Made by a program: the position numbers and the translations under genes. From Oikopleura dioica (lineage: Eukaryota; Animalia; Chordata), in NCBI GenBank assembly GCA_907165135.1, contig OU015568.1, positions 16,069,208 through 16,133,207 of the forward strand: 64,000 nt of DNA, read 5' to 3'. Below the pieces are notes generated by a model, which saw only the letters and a program-made list of their open reading frames with translations, ran no database searches and had not been told where the DNA came from. Below are positions 25,186 through 38,590 of the stretch, piece after piece. Position 1 is the stretch's first letter, and each line of letters opens with the position of its first letter.

Positions 25186-28100
25186 TAGGGATGTGATAAG
25201 AAAAATCGCCAATCTCTAGGCTTTCGTAATCCCCAAATTTTGTTTCTAGGGGGATACTAAGTTTGATCTGGGCTTTCCAAAAAAAATAAAATTTTTGAAA
25301 AATTTAAGGGTCTAGCCCCCAAAAACTCATTTTTTCGTCAAAAATCTTGGTTTTTTGGCCAGCGAGGGACGGGAATCAATATTTTTTCGGTTTTTATTCC
25401 ACCAGCATCTTTTTCAGGACCTTCGACAACCCCAGTGAGTGCATCCCCGAAAAAAAGTAAAATTTGCTTAAGAAAATTTTCGACCGAAAAAAATCAAAAA
25501 TTTTCAATTTTTTCAAAAAACATTTTTTCATTATTAGACACTAATAATATAGGGTCGGGCATTAACTAAACTAAATAATTATTAGCGTTGCCAAGTAAAA
25601 AAATCGACTTCTATCCAAAATGAAGACCATAATTAGTCAATAAACCAGAATAATTTAAATTTTTATAACGATGGGTGTGGGTGGGGTTGGGGACATAACT
25701 GAGATTGATCAACTCAGTGTTCCGAGCCTTTGTCAAGCCCCTTAAATTTAAAAATCAAGGAACGGGGCTGAGACGGCCCGAAGGGCCGTCAAGCCCTTAA
25801 ATTTAAAAATCAAGGAACGGGGCTGAGACGGCCCGAAGGGCCGTCAAGCCCCTTAAATTTAAAAATCAAGGAACGGGGCTGAGACGGCCCGAAGGGCCGT
25901 CAAGCCCTTAAATTTAAAAATCAAGGAACGGGGCTGAGACGGCCCGAAGGGCCGTCAAGCCCCTTAAATTTAAAAATCAAGGAACGGGGCTGAGACGGCC
26001 CGAAGGGCCGTCAAGCCCTTAAATTTAAAAATCAAGGAACGGGGCTGAGACGGCCCGAAGGGCCGTCAAGCCCCTTAAATTTAAAAATCAAGGAACGGGG
26101 CTGAGACGGCCCGAAGGGCCGTCAAGCCCTTAAATTTAAAAATCAAGGAACGGGGCTGAGACGGCCCGAAGGGCCGTCAAGCCCCTTAAATTTAAAAATC
26201 AAGGAACGGGGCTGAGACGGCCCGAAGGGCCGTCAAGCCCCTTAAATTTAAAAATCAAGGAACGGGGCTGAGACGGCCCGAAGGGCCGTCAAGCCCCTTA
26301 AATTTAAAAATCAAGGAACGGGGCTGAGACGGCCCGAAGGGCCGTCAAGCCCCTTAAATTTAAAAATCAAGGAACGGGGCTGAGACGGCCCGAAGGGCCG
26401 TCAAGCCCCTTAAATTTAAAAATCAAGGAACGGGGCTGAGACGGCCCGAAGGGCCGTCAAGCCCTTAAATTTAAAAATCAAGGAACGGGGCTGAGACGGC
26501 CCGAAGGGCCGTCAAGCCCCTTAAATTTAAAAATCAAGGAACGGGGCTGAGACGGCCCGAAGGGCCGTCAAGCCCTTAAATTTAAAAATCAAGGAACGGG
26601 GCTGAGACGGCCCGAAGGGCCGTCAAGCCCTTAAATTTAAAAATCAAGGAACGGGGCTGAGACGGCCCGAAGGGCCGTCAAGCCCCTTAAATTTAAAAAT
26701 CAAGGAACGGGGCTGAGACGGCCCGAAGGGCCGTCAAGCCCCTTAAATTTAAAAATCAAGGAACGGGGCTGAGACGGCCCGAAGGGCCGTCAAGCCCCTT
26801 AAATTTAAAAATCAAGGAACGGGGCTGAGACGGCCCGAAGGGCCGTCAAGCCCTTAAATTTAAAAATCAAGGAACGGGGCTGAGACGGCCCGAAGGGCCG
26901 TCAAGCCCCTTAAATTTAAAAATCAAGGAACGGGGCTGAGACGGCCCGAAGGGCCGTCAAGCCCTTAAATTTAAAAATCAAGGAACGGGGCTGAGACGGC
27001 CCGAAGGGCCGTCAAGCCCCTAAATTTAAAAATCAAGAAACGGGGCTGAGACGGCCCGAAGGGCCGTCAAGCCCCTTAAATTTAAAAATCAAGGAACGGG
27101 GCTGAGACGGCCCGAAGGGCCGTCAAGCCCCTTAAATTTAAAAATCAAGGAACGGGGCTGAGACGGCCCGAAGGGCCGTCAAGCCCCTTAAATTTAAAAA
27201 TCAAGGAACGGGGCTGAGACGGCCCGAAGGGCCGTCAAGCCCCTTAAATTTAAAAATCAAGGAACGGGGCTGAGACGGCCCGAAGGGCCGTCAAGCCCCT
27301 TAAATTTAAAAATCAAGGAACGGGGCTGAGACGGCCCGAAGGGCCGTCAAGCCCTTAAATTTAAAAATCAAGGAACGGGGCTGAGACGGCCCGAAGGGCC
27401 GTCAAGCCCTTAAATTTAAAAATCAAGGAACGGGGCTGAGACGGCCCGAAGGGCCGTCAAGCCCCTTAAATTTAAAAATCAAGGAACGGGGCTGAGACGG
27501 CCCGAAGGGCCGTCAAGCCCCTTAAATTTAAAAATCAAGGAACGGGGCTGAGACGGCCCGAAGGGCCGTCAAGCCCCTTAAATTTAAAAATCAAGGAACG
27601 GGGCTGAGACGGCCCGAAGGGCCGTCAAGCCCCTTAAATTTAAAAATCAAGGAACGGGGCTGAGACGGCCCGAAGGGCCGTCAAGCCCCTTAAATTTAAA
27701 AATCAAGGAACGGGGCTGAGACGGCCCGAAGGGCCGTCAAGCCCTTAAATTTAAAAATCAAGGAACGGGGCTGAGACGGCCCGAAGGGCCGTCAAGCCCC
27801 TTAAATTTAAAAATCAAGGAACGGGGCTGAGACGGCCCGAAGGGCCGTCAAGCCCCTTAAATTTAAAAATCAAGGAACGGGGCTGAGACGGCCCGAAGGG
27901 CCGTCAAGCCCCTTAAATTTAAAAATCAAGGAACGGGGCTGAGACGGCCCGAAGGGCCGTCAAGCCCCTTAAATTTAAAAATCAAGGAACGGGGCTGAGA
28001 CGGCCCGAAGGGCCGTCAAGCCCTTAAATTTAAAAATCAAGGAACGGGGCTGAGACGGCCCGAAGGGCCGTCAAGCCCCTTAAATTTAAAAATCAAGGAA

Positions 28101-29101
28101 CGGGGCTGAGACGGCCCGAAGGGCCGTCAAGCCCTTAAATTTAAAATCAAGGAACGGGACTGAGACGGCCCGAAGGGCCGTCAAGCCCTTAAATTTAAAA
28201 ATCAAGGAACGGGGCTGAGACGGCCCGAAGGGCCGTCAAGCCCCTTAAATTTAAAAATCAAGGAACGGGGCTGAGACGGCCCGAAGGGCCGTCAAGCCCC
28301 TTAAATTTAAAAATCAAGGAACGGGGCTGAGACGGCCCGAAGGGCCGTCAAGCCCTTAAATTTAAAAATCAAGGAACGGGACTGAGACGGCCCGAAGGGC
28401 CGTCAAGCCCTTAAATTTAAAAATCAAGGAACGGGGCTGAGACGGCCCGAAGGGCCGTCAAGCCCCTTAAATTTAAAAATCAAGGAACGGGGCTGAGACG
28501 GCCCGAAGGGCCGTCAAGCCCCTTAAATTTAAAAATCAAGGAACGGGGCTGAGACGGCCCGAAGGGCCGTCAAGCCCTTAAATTTAAAAATCAAGGAACG
28601 GGGCTGAGACGGCCCGAAGGGCCGTCAAGCCCTTAAATTTAAAAATCAAGGAACGGGGCTGAGACGGCCCGAAGGGCCGTCAAGCCCCTTAAATTTAAAA
28701 ATCAAGGAACGGGGCTGAGACGGCCCGAAGTGATATATTCGAAAAAATGAAAATAAAAGATTTTGAAAAAAAAGTGAAAAATTTCAAATTTTCAAAAAAA
28801 AAAAATTTCTGTAGTGAAAATTTTTTTTACGCCGGGATGCACTCACTGGGGTTAGAAAATGTGGCGAAGAAGATGCTGTCGCTGAAAAAAGGCCAAAAAA
28901 ATTGTCCAAATTTCCTCGCTGGCCAAAAAACCGATTTTGGCCATTTTTCGGATTTTCAAATTGAAAAATCTCAGCGATGCCCTTAGGTAATCGATTTTTT
29001 TTTGGCCGTCATGTTTTTCGGGGTCCCAAAGAACCTAGAAAAATAGTCGGAGGTACCCCCTTAAGGTATTTCTAGGGGTCGATTTTCTTATCACAGCCCT
29101 A
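25186..29101. mobile_element. Second non-autonomous hAT-like element carrying the 56-bp array
   Basis: TIR taggg(a/c)tgtgataagaaaa; perfect 8-bp TSD agaaaaca (25178-25185, 29102-29109); inserted about 70 bp after the ABCA stop codon. Confidence 0.9.
25732..28730 (+). repeat. Tandem minisatellite, 56-bp unit, about 53 copies (variant 2)
   Basis: Unit gtcaagccccttaaatttaaaaatcaaggaacggggctgagacggcccgaagggcc; two fixed differences from variant 1 (tcaagg vs tcatgg, ctgaga vs ctgaaa). Confidence 0.98.
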
Positions 29102-31384
29102 AGAAAACACTTAAAAATCAATACCTGTAAACTACAATTAGGACTGCCCAAACTATAGCCGTGGATCACTACTAGCGTACTGAACTTTCTTCAAGTCCAA
29201 TTATAATTGTACAAGGTGTAATAAAATTGACTATATATTTAAATAACTGTGTACTCGAAATTATTAGCAGGCAAATGTTGATTAACTACAGTATTATTAT
29301 TCATGATTAATTGAATTCTAAGTATAAGAGTAAAAGATCGTCTCAAGAAGGTAGCCGTCGAATGTGGTCGGTTTCCTGGGGGCAGTGGGGATAACCCCTG
29401 ATCGGTTTATTTTACACCAAATCAGGGCGCTAACTATTTCTCACTGCCTTCTGGTAACCGCCAGAAAAGTAAGTCGGCGTCCGTCGAATTTCACGAGGCC
29501 AGGTAAGTAGTGGGCTCAGGCCTTGAGGCGTGTCAAACTTGCCACAGGGCCTAAACTTGTCCCCACTGCCAGTCTGGCGCTCGTGGTTTCATTTTTCCAA
29601 AAAATGATAAAAGTGATTATTTTTTGAAAACAGCCCCTTATATACCCTCATCCCTAAAAACATCACGTGACTGTCACGTGAGTGTTCTAGAGACGAATTT
29701 TTCACCGAAAAAAGTCAAAAACACCCACCGCGGGGGACGATGGACAATTTTCGCGGAGATGAAAAACAAGGGTTCTAGAACTTTTTTGATGTTTTTTGAA
29801 TGTTCTATCGTCCGATTTTCAAAGAGTTTTATCGGTTTTACTCGTAAAACCGTTGAATTTAGCGTTGATAACGAAGTTCTTTCGACGATTATTTTTAAAA
29901 TTTTGTGTTGATGCTAATTTTGGTTGTTAAAAAACGGGGTTCGGTGATTTTAGACGGTTGAAAATTTGTTTATTGTCCGAAAACAATCGGAAATCGGAGA
30001 TGGGGGCTGTTTCTCTCTCTTTTATGCGAGTCTCTTTATCCCTGTTTTGTCTCTCTCTCGGCGGGGTTCTCTCTTGTCGAGCTTTTGGAGCAGATTTGAG
30101 CAGGAAAGAGCGTCCTGATTCCAAATTTTATTGATCAGGGCGCTAACTTGCGTTCACTGCCTCAACCTTTCCCAAGACATTTGCAGACGTGACCGCGTCT
30201 CAAAAATGAACCTGTTCCTTTAGACATTCGCGGGTTTGAATTTTAGTAATCGAAATTTAAGACGCTCTAATGTTCAAATTTTGACGAAGTAATTTGAATA
30301 CGAAGTGACGTATTGATAAGGGGCTCTTTGGTTGGGTTTGAAGAGGTTATGCAAAAACGCTGAGAATCAAATTTATCAATCTCACTTAGCTGCGGCTCTT
30401 GATTTTTGTAGAAGGTCTCTCTTTTTCTTCGTAAAAAGTGAATGGTGAAATTGGTTGTTGAAATTTGCTGATTGCTAATTTGATGATTGATGGACGGAAG
30501 GGAAGGGCATTATATGGGGGGATATGGGTTTCGCGCACGCCCTCTATGGCCGTCCACTGTCAGTCAGCCGGTGGGCACCCTTTTTTGCCGCCAGGAAAGA
30601 ACCACTGGCAAATTGGGAGATTCCTACTGGTTTAATCCCGGGAAATATACATAAAAATCAATTGATACTCAAAATACTTTCTTTGAACCAGCAAAACTAC
30701 CACTTTCGAATTTCAAAATTTTGGGGAGAGGCTCTCGGAGAGCTCTTTCATAAAGCAAATAACTACAGTAGCAGATGTTCACCCTGGTCACTCTCGAAAA
30801 GTTATTTGGAATGTTGCTTGATAAAAATTTAATTTTACGGCCACGTCGGCCCCTGTCGAAATACAAATTTTAAGATCTAAAAGGGATTTCTCTGGAATTT
30901 CAAGAAAAAAAAGCTGGGGAGGGGGTTTCGCCTAACCAGTGAAACAAACAAATTTAGAAAATTTTCTAGAGAAAAAATGGAAAAATTGAAACTCGCTAGA
31001 TCAAGCCCTGAATTTTATTGAACAGCGACGATAGATAACTCTAAATGCTCAAGTTATGACAGAGGCTGTCCAGACTTGTTAGCTGCGACCACTCAAGCTA
31101 TGTTCTAGCTAAATTGGACATGAGCGACGATCAATTGGGTGGTACGCAAAGTTTATGGCCGTAATAGCATTAGTGCGCCGATCCAAACTCGTCTCCAATA
31201 AATTATTTCCGAAAACTGAACAGTTGGCCTCCCACCTGCTCCTATTTTTAGCTCAGAATTTTACGCTCGAACATTTTTGCTTTTTGAAAAAGAATCATCA
31301 AAATCTCATTTAAGAAATTCTAGTTCCACTGAAAGGTGATTCAGAACACTTGTAATTTTGGCTCTTTTTGTGTAGCATGAAGAT

Positions 31385-31730
31385 TTGGGCTTGGCAACCT
31401 GTGTAGAAATCCTGAGTCAGCCTCCTGAAAGCGGAAAAAAAGATTAGACGGCCAAGTTTTACTCAGTCTTCTTGTGGGCTCGAAAACCTGTGTAGAAAAC
31501 CTGAGTCAGGCTCTGAAAATCTCAAATAAAAAGCGGCATAGCGGCTTTTTTAAAAACGAAGCCGCTTAAGCGGCTTCCAGAAATTACCTTAACAATCAAT
31601 TGCGAAGCCGCTTTTCATTTGAGATTTTTTCAGAGCCTGACTTAGGTTTTCTTCATTGGTTGCCGAGCCCAGAAGAAGACTGGGTAAAACTTCGCCGTCT
31701 AATCTTTATTTCCGCTTTCGGGAAACCTCC
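31385..31730. mobile_element. CTGGG-family MITE, composite (outer arms plus inner copy)
   Basis: ggcaacctgtgtagaaa(a/t)cctgagtcag termini twice, aagccgc..gcggctt core, inverted outer arms (ttagacggc..ttttactcagtcttctt / aagaagactgggtaaaac..gccgtctaa). Confidence 0.75.
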
Positions 31731-31739
31731 AGTTTGATG

Positions 31740-32700
31740 CTCCAATAGTCGATCTTATCATAGAGCAAGTTTTCTATTTGCGATCGGCTTCATCTTTCCA
31801 GGTCCAACAAACACGCGCCCTTCCTGAATCGAGCCACTAATGAGGAATCAACCCACTGCTAAAATAAACATAAACTGCATCCCTTTTTTATGTAATCAGC
31901 TGTCGCCCCGATTTTCGTGTAACTCATACTGTGTCGATAAGAGTTTGAAGATTTCATGGTATCGGGTGTAATCGGCTTCGATTTCATTGTTATCGCCAAC
32001 TGATGTTTGAAAAAAACGGCGCGCCGCCACGCTGGGGGAGGTCAGACAAACTTGTGATCAATCAAAAATCATATGACACCAAGATGATGCTGGGTCAAGG
32101 AACCTGAGCCACGGACAACTTGAGGTGCAAAGAAACAGTACTTATTCTTTCGCAAGTTTTATTGAGTTTTAGATAATATATTCTGTTGCAAAAGTTTCTT
32201 TTTCGATCATATCGGAATTTTCAAACAGCGCTTTCTCCACTCATACCCTAACCCTAACCCCAAACCCTAACCAGAAACCCTAACCCTAACCTTAACCCTA
32301 TCAAAGCCTAATTTATCCGGTCCCTTAGGAGTCACAATTTTATTTGATAGTAAATATAACTTAGAAAAAGCTCTAGGGCAACCATTTGTTAACTCGGGGA
32401 TACCCTTAAATTTTCACAGTTAAATCGTCAAATAGCTACATATAGATACATTCACGGTCAAGGAATCTGCCAAAGTTCTTCTTGATGTGAAAAAAGAGTA
32501 CTGAAGTCATTTTTAATATGATTTTTATTGCGATAGTGTTGGTGGCAGAAGGGCTGTTTTTTTTTGAAATGATCCATGCTTCTCTGAGTCCGGCAATCAT
32601 CGGCAGATTCGTTTTTTTTCTTCTTGAGGCGCATCATATATCTGTTGAGCCTTTTTGGTATCTTACCTGTGCCAGTTTTTTTTATTTTTTAAAACGCCCC
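31740..32700 (-). other. Fragmentary exon-like segments of a possible orphan gene or pseudogene
   Basis: Short open segments bounded by GT/AG (e.g. VGDNNEIEADYTRYHEIFKLL; ISGSIQEGRVFVGPGKMKPIANRNLLYDKIDYWSIKLE) that I could not join into one open frame. Confidence 0.25.
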
Positions 32701-32912
32701 GTGAGGTATACCAACAAACAAATTTTGTCAAAGTATTGTTAATTCAAAATGTTTACTGTTTTTGGGCTCAGAATTGATTGATCATCATAATTGTGATGGC
32801 ACTGGTTTTTTTTAAATTAAAAATATTCGCGAATGAAAGCTGTACAATTTTGGTTTCAACCGACCATACTGAGTTTTATGGTCAAATCGACAAGTCAAAT
32901 GGCGTCAAAAAT

Positions 32913-34182
32913 CTAAAGCGAGACGCTGGCAACGTCCGGGCTTTCGGCTCCTGATCCTTCTCCGCCGTCGCCGCCGTCGCCACCGTCGCATTTGTTGTGG
33001 CATTTCTTGCAGAGGAACTTCTTGTGGAGCCACTTGTTACCGGCGGGTTGGACTTTGCCAGACGATGATTGATGCATCCATTTGAAGCTGTTGCCTTTGC
33101 CCTTTGTGCAGACGAGGTTGAGAGCTTCGAATTTGTCGCCGCCTCGGACGGGAGTTGCGCCGGGACTAGAAATTAACATGACGATGAGAAACTCTTCCAT
33201 AAGCAGCCCATTTTAGAAGCTGGGAGAAAAGCCATCTGCGCGCGCGATTATGCAGCGTCGCGCGTAGCGCATTGTTCATCCTCGCCAATTTCATTAATTT
33301 TACATGCGCAGATTCCTGCAACTCAGTGTTGCGCAGGTGTTTTCTCTTACCCGCATTGGACGGATGTGCCGTCGTCGTTCCACACAGTGTACGCGTCGAA
33401 GCGCAGGCCTTCTTCTTCCCACTGCTTCTTTGTTGGAATTTGTGGCCTATCGCCGCAGATAGCATCTGGGTCCGAAGCGGTGATGACTGGCACGGGGCAC
33501 TTCTTCTTTTTGCTGATTTTTCGGTATTGTTCGAGAGCGTCTGATTTGAAGAAAACGGCGATGCCCTCTATGTTGCTCGATCGAGTCTTAAAAAATCGTT
33601 TTCTCTTTCAATGGAGAGGTTGTTTTCTTACCCAGATGTAGTGCTTTCCTGGTGGTCGATTTCCCTTTCCGACTTTGAAGTGGCAAGTGTACTCCTCGTC
33701 GTCTTCGAAGCCAGAGCAGGAGTAGTCCGAACCGTCGTAAACGCAGTGAGTAGGGCACTGTCGAGTTACCTAAACAGATCAGCTCGATTAAGCTCGCCTA
33801 AAACAACCACTTGGCGGTGGAGGAAGGTCACCATTTCGGATTAACCGGAGACTCTTGATAACCCCCGCGCGCGATTAGAATCCCTCAAGATTGAACCTTT
33901 TTCAATCAAGATTATGACTACTTGTAGCAAAATATTCCCGCAGGTACTTACAATTTCTGCCTCGCTGTAGGGGTTGTCAAGGCCGACGCCTTTGGTAAGA
34001 CCGACGAATCTGGCGAACTCATCGTCCGCGATCGTATGCAAGCCTTGTGGATGAGCACCTTGTTCCGGCCAAATGCAACCATTCAAGTGGACGTTAGCTC
34101 CGTCGACGTGCTGGTTTGCACCTCCGTTTCCGTTTCCGTTATTGGCTGTGGCAAAGGCGGGAATGAAAAAAGCAAGCTTCAT
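32913..34182 (-). CDS. Secreted Cys-containing orphan protein, multi-exon
   Basis: Signal-peptide-like MKLAFFIPAFATA; internal exons RQCPTHCVYDGSDYSC and KKKKCPVPVIT..CGDRP; last exon LNLVCTKGKG...CKKCHNKCDGG; gtaag donors. Confidence 0.7.
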
Positions 34183-35573
34183 TTTTTTTTGTTTCTTCTG
34201 TATTGTTTTTGTAGCTAGAATATTTTGATTACAATGTATAGTACTTGGATTGGCAGCGGCTTTGGTGCTGCAAAACTGTTGTCAAGAGCGAGCGTCAGGT
34301 TGATGACGACGCGTGTTTTTCTTGATTAATTGAGCACTTCGGACATAAGTGACTCGCGCTCTTTCGAAAAGCGAAAATACAGGCGATGTAAGAGGCTGTC
34401 AAAAAACTCGAAAATTTACAGATTTCAACCCAAAAATCACCCCCCAAAAGGACCTCAATCAATTACCGCTCATTCCAAATTTAAAAAAATTACAAAAAAT
34501 ATTTTGGATTTTTTTGAATTAAATAACTATCGTGGGTTTTCGAGGAAGAACGTGAAAATCTTAAATTTCATTAAATTTCATCTGGGACTAGAATGACGTC
34601 AAATTAAGGAGGTGTTAAATCCCGTTCACCTTTTCACAAATTTAAGATTTCACGGACATATACATTTCCCTCCTTTCTTGATTTGCAGGAAGCATTTTTA
34701 TGCTCTGCATTAAAAAGGTTAAGAAATATAACGGTGAAGAGGATTAGAGCTCTTTTATTACGCTAGATGCTCCAGTTTTGAAATAAGACTTGAAATAGGC
34801 CTTATTTCACGTGTTTTTGAATCAGTACATTCATCGTGCTTTTCTCTTTGAATGGTAAAAAAAAAATTAAAAAAATAAATTATTAAAATTATTAAATTTA
34901 GTTTTAAATAATTTAATTTATTAAAAATGCTGAAATTCTAATTTATTAAATTATAATTATTTTTATTATTTATTTAAATTTTATTTAATAAATTAGAAAT
35001 AGCTCTTTTGATTTGCCGAAATTCGAGTCGAAATTATTGTCAAGAACTCAGAGTTATTAATAATTAATTTTAATTTGCAAAGATGAAATATTCTCTTCTA
35101 TGATTTCTTTTGATTTTCAACCCTAACCCTAACCCTAACTTGCTTTTTTTAAAAAATCATTCATCAAAGACCCTTTTATTAATTCAATCGAAATTTCAAA
35201 AAAAGAAAATTTTTATTTTTGTTATATTTTTTATAAAAAAAGTAAATTTTATCATTAAATTTTTCTTCTCGTTTCTCTTGGTTTCGCTTACCTAAAATTA
35301 AGTGCTGAAATTCGCCACTAGAAAAAGTGCGTGTTCTTCTGTGCTTTCGAAAATTTCGAAGTGAGCGTTCTTGATCATGAAAATTTTGAGCATGATGATC
35401 CGCCGCCAGGTGGAGTACGCGAGGAAGAAACGCGGCGCTGAGCGCTATCACCGAGTCGCGCCCAGCGCGCTAGAATAATGCCTGATCAGCGAGAAAGCGC
35501 GTGATGTTTTACCACTTTCAATTTACTGTCGTAATTTTACTAGTACCATAAAAGGATGTTTACAATATTTCAA

Positions 35574-35810
35574 GCTGGGCAGCCTGTGTAAAAAGCCTGA
35601 GTCAGGGTTTGAATATGTAAAATGAAAAGCCGCGTAGCGGCTTTTTTAAGACCGAAGCCGCATAGCGGCTTCGCGAAATTACTATTGCAATTTTTTTTTT
35701 AAATTCGTTTAAGAAAAAGCCGCTACGCGGCTTCGTTTAGGAAAAAGCGCGGCTTTTCATTAAAGATCTATTAGACCCTGACTCAGGCCTTCTACACAGG
35801 TTGTTAAACT
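35574..35810. mobile_element. CTGGG-family MITE
   Basis: cctgtgtaaaaagcctgagtcaggg ... ccctgactcaggccttctacacagg with aaaagccgcgtagcggctttt palindromes. Confidence 0.8.
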
Positions 35811-38295
35811 CAGGGTCAAATTAAAGCCAATTATTCTTTATAGTTTAAAAATAAATCCATCATCATCCTACGTCTAGTCATTTTTGGGACAAGAAACGAG
35901 AGTAATAACCGGTTGCGGCTCTCAAAAGAACAACTCAACAATTATCGAAAGCTAGTTATTGTCAAGAATGCACGTTTTCAGAAATTTAATGAATATTTTT
36001 TTTAGATTATCCGGCCCTAAAATTTCAGTTCATTCTAAAATTCAGAGTTTAAAATTTCTAAACCGAGCCTGAACCGAAAAAACTCGTCCGTAAACACGTT
36101 TTTTTTTCGGATGAAAATGAACCAAAAAACCCATAAATTTCCACCTCCTACAAGAGGATCCATTTCTTCGGATTAAATCCCATGTTACATAAACCTCAAA
36201 AAGCAGCGTCCGAAAACCGAGGCGGGCGAGAAGCTGCGAAAGTGGCGAAATTTAAAATTTGTGGCGGAATTAATCACAAATCCACTTGAATGTGCTCGGC
36301 TGTGTAATTTGGCTCATCTCAGCCTCAAGATCAACACACGGCCAGCGTATTCCAAAAGGCGCGAGGCTGGAGCAACGAGTGGTCCTTCACTGAAACGTAA
36401 ATCATTTTCCCGCCTTAGCACTTTCTAATTCGCGGAGCTCCGCCGTGCCCCAGACGTGCCCAAGAATTTCCGAAAAATGATCTGTTTATTCTTTCTAACG
36501 CAATTTCTAATTCATCATCAAGGTCATTTTTGAATAGATATTTCAAAAAAATACTGGATACGAATTTTTGAACCGCTATTTAAGTTCAATAAAATAAGGA
36601 TATCCCCATTTTAACGGGCAATTTTCTCTGGGATGTCACCATTTTAACGGATTTTTAATTCTTCGATGGGCTCTATTGAAAGGAAAATCGAAGCTTTGAG
36701 CGTAGCGGCTTCTCATAAATCTTTTTTCAGACCCTGACTCAGGCTTTCTACACAGGTTGTCGAGCCCAGCTTGTTAGGGTTAGGGTTAGAGTTTGCCCTA
36801 CTTTATCTTCATAATAATGTAGATCCTCAGTCCTTGGGCCTAACTGAGCTGTCCGAGATATCCGCCGACCGGTTGGTCAGGCTATTGCTTTAGAAAAAAA
36901 TGAAAGCCTTACATAAGCCACGTTTGATCCTAAGACGCGGCTCGAAGGACAATACATCTCTCTCTGAGCTGGAAATTATTGCTTTGCCTTGCAATTGTTA
37001 CGCCATTTTCTTCAAGCGCTTATTTTTAGAAGAAAACGATTTTTTGTTTTTCATTTTACGAAACGCGTTTTTATGACTCATGAGTGTATAATTGGTAGAA
37101 TACGTCAGGCAGACATTTAAACCCACATCCGAAGGAAGTATCAGATGATAAACGAGCTTAAATTTTACAAAAGCTATCTCCGAAAAAGCGAAACTCACCG
37201 GTTGCAGTTTAGTGTTAATTCTTCAGAATACTTGGATCTCAGATCGAAACGTCAGATTTTATAATGAATTGCCTTGCGGGCATAGCCCAAAAGGCGCCGT
37301 TTTTATCGCAAATAAATGTCCTGAACGTGAGCTTTCCAAAAAGGTATTATACGACACCCTATCTTAACGACCAAAAATTGTAAAAATTTTATAATTTCCG
37401 CCGATCAGCAAAAATGCACTAATTTTTTCCACTTTCAAATGCAATTTGTGGGAAAATGGGTTGAGATAGAGTTAATACTCATAAGGAGTTTTTAGGTCAG
37501 AATTTCATGGGGAAGCAGAATATATGGTCAAAAACCGATTCTGAGACTTGACCCTGTGCGCGTACCATACCCTTAAGCAGTGTTTTTTTTTCGTGAACAG
37601 GAAACTCTAAGTTGACAGATTTCGAGGGTTGAACATTTTCGGTTTCAGATATTTTCCGTTAGAAACTTGAACAAAATAAGGGGGAAGTCGTTTCTACGGG
37701 TAATTTTTCTCTCTAACCCTAACCTCTACGAAATCCGCAAAAAAACAACAATGCGCCCCGTTAACCAAAAAATATGCAGAATAGTTCCCTGCACTTTGTC
37801 ACGCTGAAATTAGGGAATTCCTGAGGTGTGAAAATCATAAATTCTACGCAGCTGTACTCTGTCTTGACTCACTCTTGGAATTAGCGAATTGCCACGAAGA
37901 CAGTAATTTTCGCAGAAGTTTGAAAAAAAAGAAGCAACAACAAAAATTTTTCAAGGAAAAAGTTTCCAGCCAAAGATTTCGAGAAGTTTGAGCCCTCAAT
38001 TTGAGCACTTGGATTTAAGAGCCCAAGTGAAACATTTTCAAGAGCTGATTAATGGACTTGAAAAATATCAGAAATGCAAAACTGGTTCTCTTATTCGACA
38101 TATACTTTGAATATGAATTCTGAACTCTCAGGGTAAAATTTTTAAAAGCACGTCGATAGAAGATAGCACTTAAATGAGCCGACCACTGGGCCCTCCAACT
38201 TGGGCAAGATTAAATTCGGCTTCGAGGTTCAATTTTCTTATCAGGAGCGTACATTCATTTTATTCGGAAAACCGAGATTTTCAGCGTGAAACCTA

Positions 38296-38590
38296 GGTTC
38301 GGCAACCTATGCAGAAAACCTGAGTCAGGCTCTGAAGAGTCCAAATGAAAAGACGCGTAGCGGCTTTTTTAAAAGCAAAGCCGCGAAGCGGCTTCAACCT
38401 AATACCTTTCAATCAATATCAAAATTCTCTTTTTTAAGGCTTTTCAGAATCTGACTCAGGTTTTCTGATGAAAAGTCTTAATAAAATGAATCTTGATATT
38501 GATTGAAGGGTAATAAGTTGAAGCCGCTTCGCGGCTTTTCATTTGAGCTTTTCAGAACCTGACTCAGGTTTTCTACACAGGTTGGTACCG
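38296..38590. mobile_element. CTGGG-family MITE (with partial internal duplication)
   Basis: ggcaacctatgcagaaaacctgagtcagg ... cctgactcaggttttctacacaggttgg. Confidence 0.8.

Noticed and set aside
8242-28730. The two arrays as CRISPR loci (leader, palindromic repeats)
   Set aside because: No unique spacers between repeats, no cas genes, eukaryotic context.
8242-28730. 55- vs 56-bp unit variants as a coded pattern
   Set aside because: Differences are confined to C4/C3 and A5/A4 homopolymers, as expected from slippage or long-read error.
30905-30930. aaaaaaaagctgggagggggg as a polypurine tract of an LTR element
   Set aside because: No following TG-initiated LTR or matching repeat found in the window.
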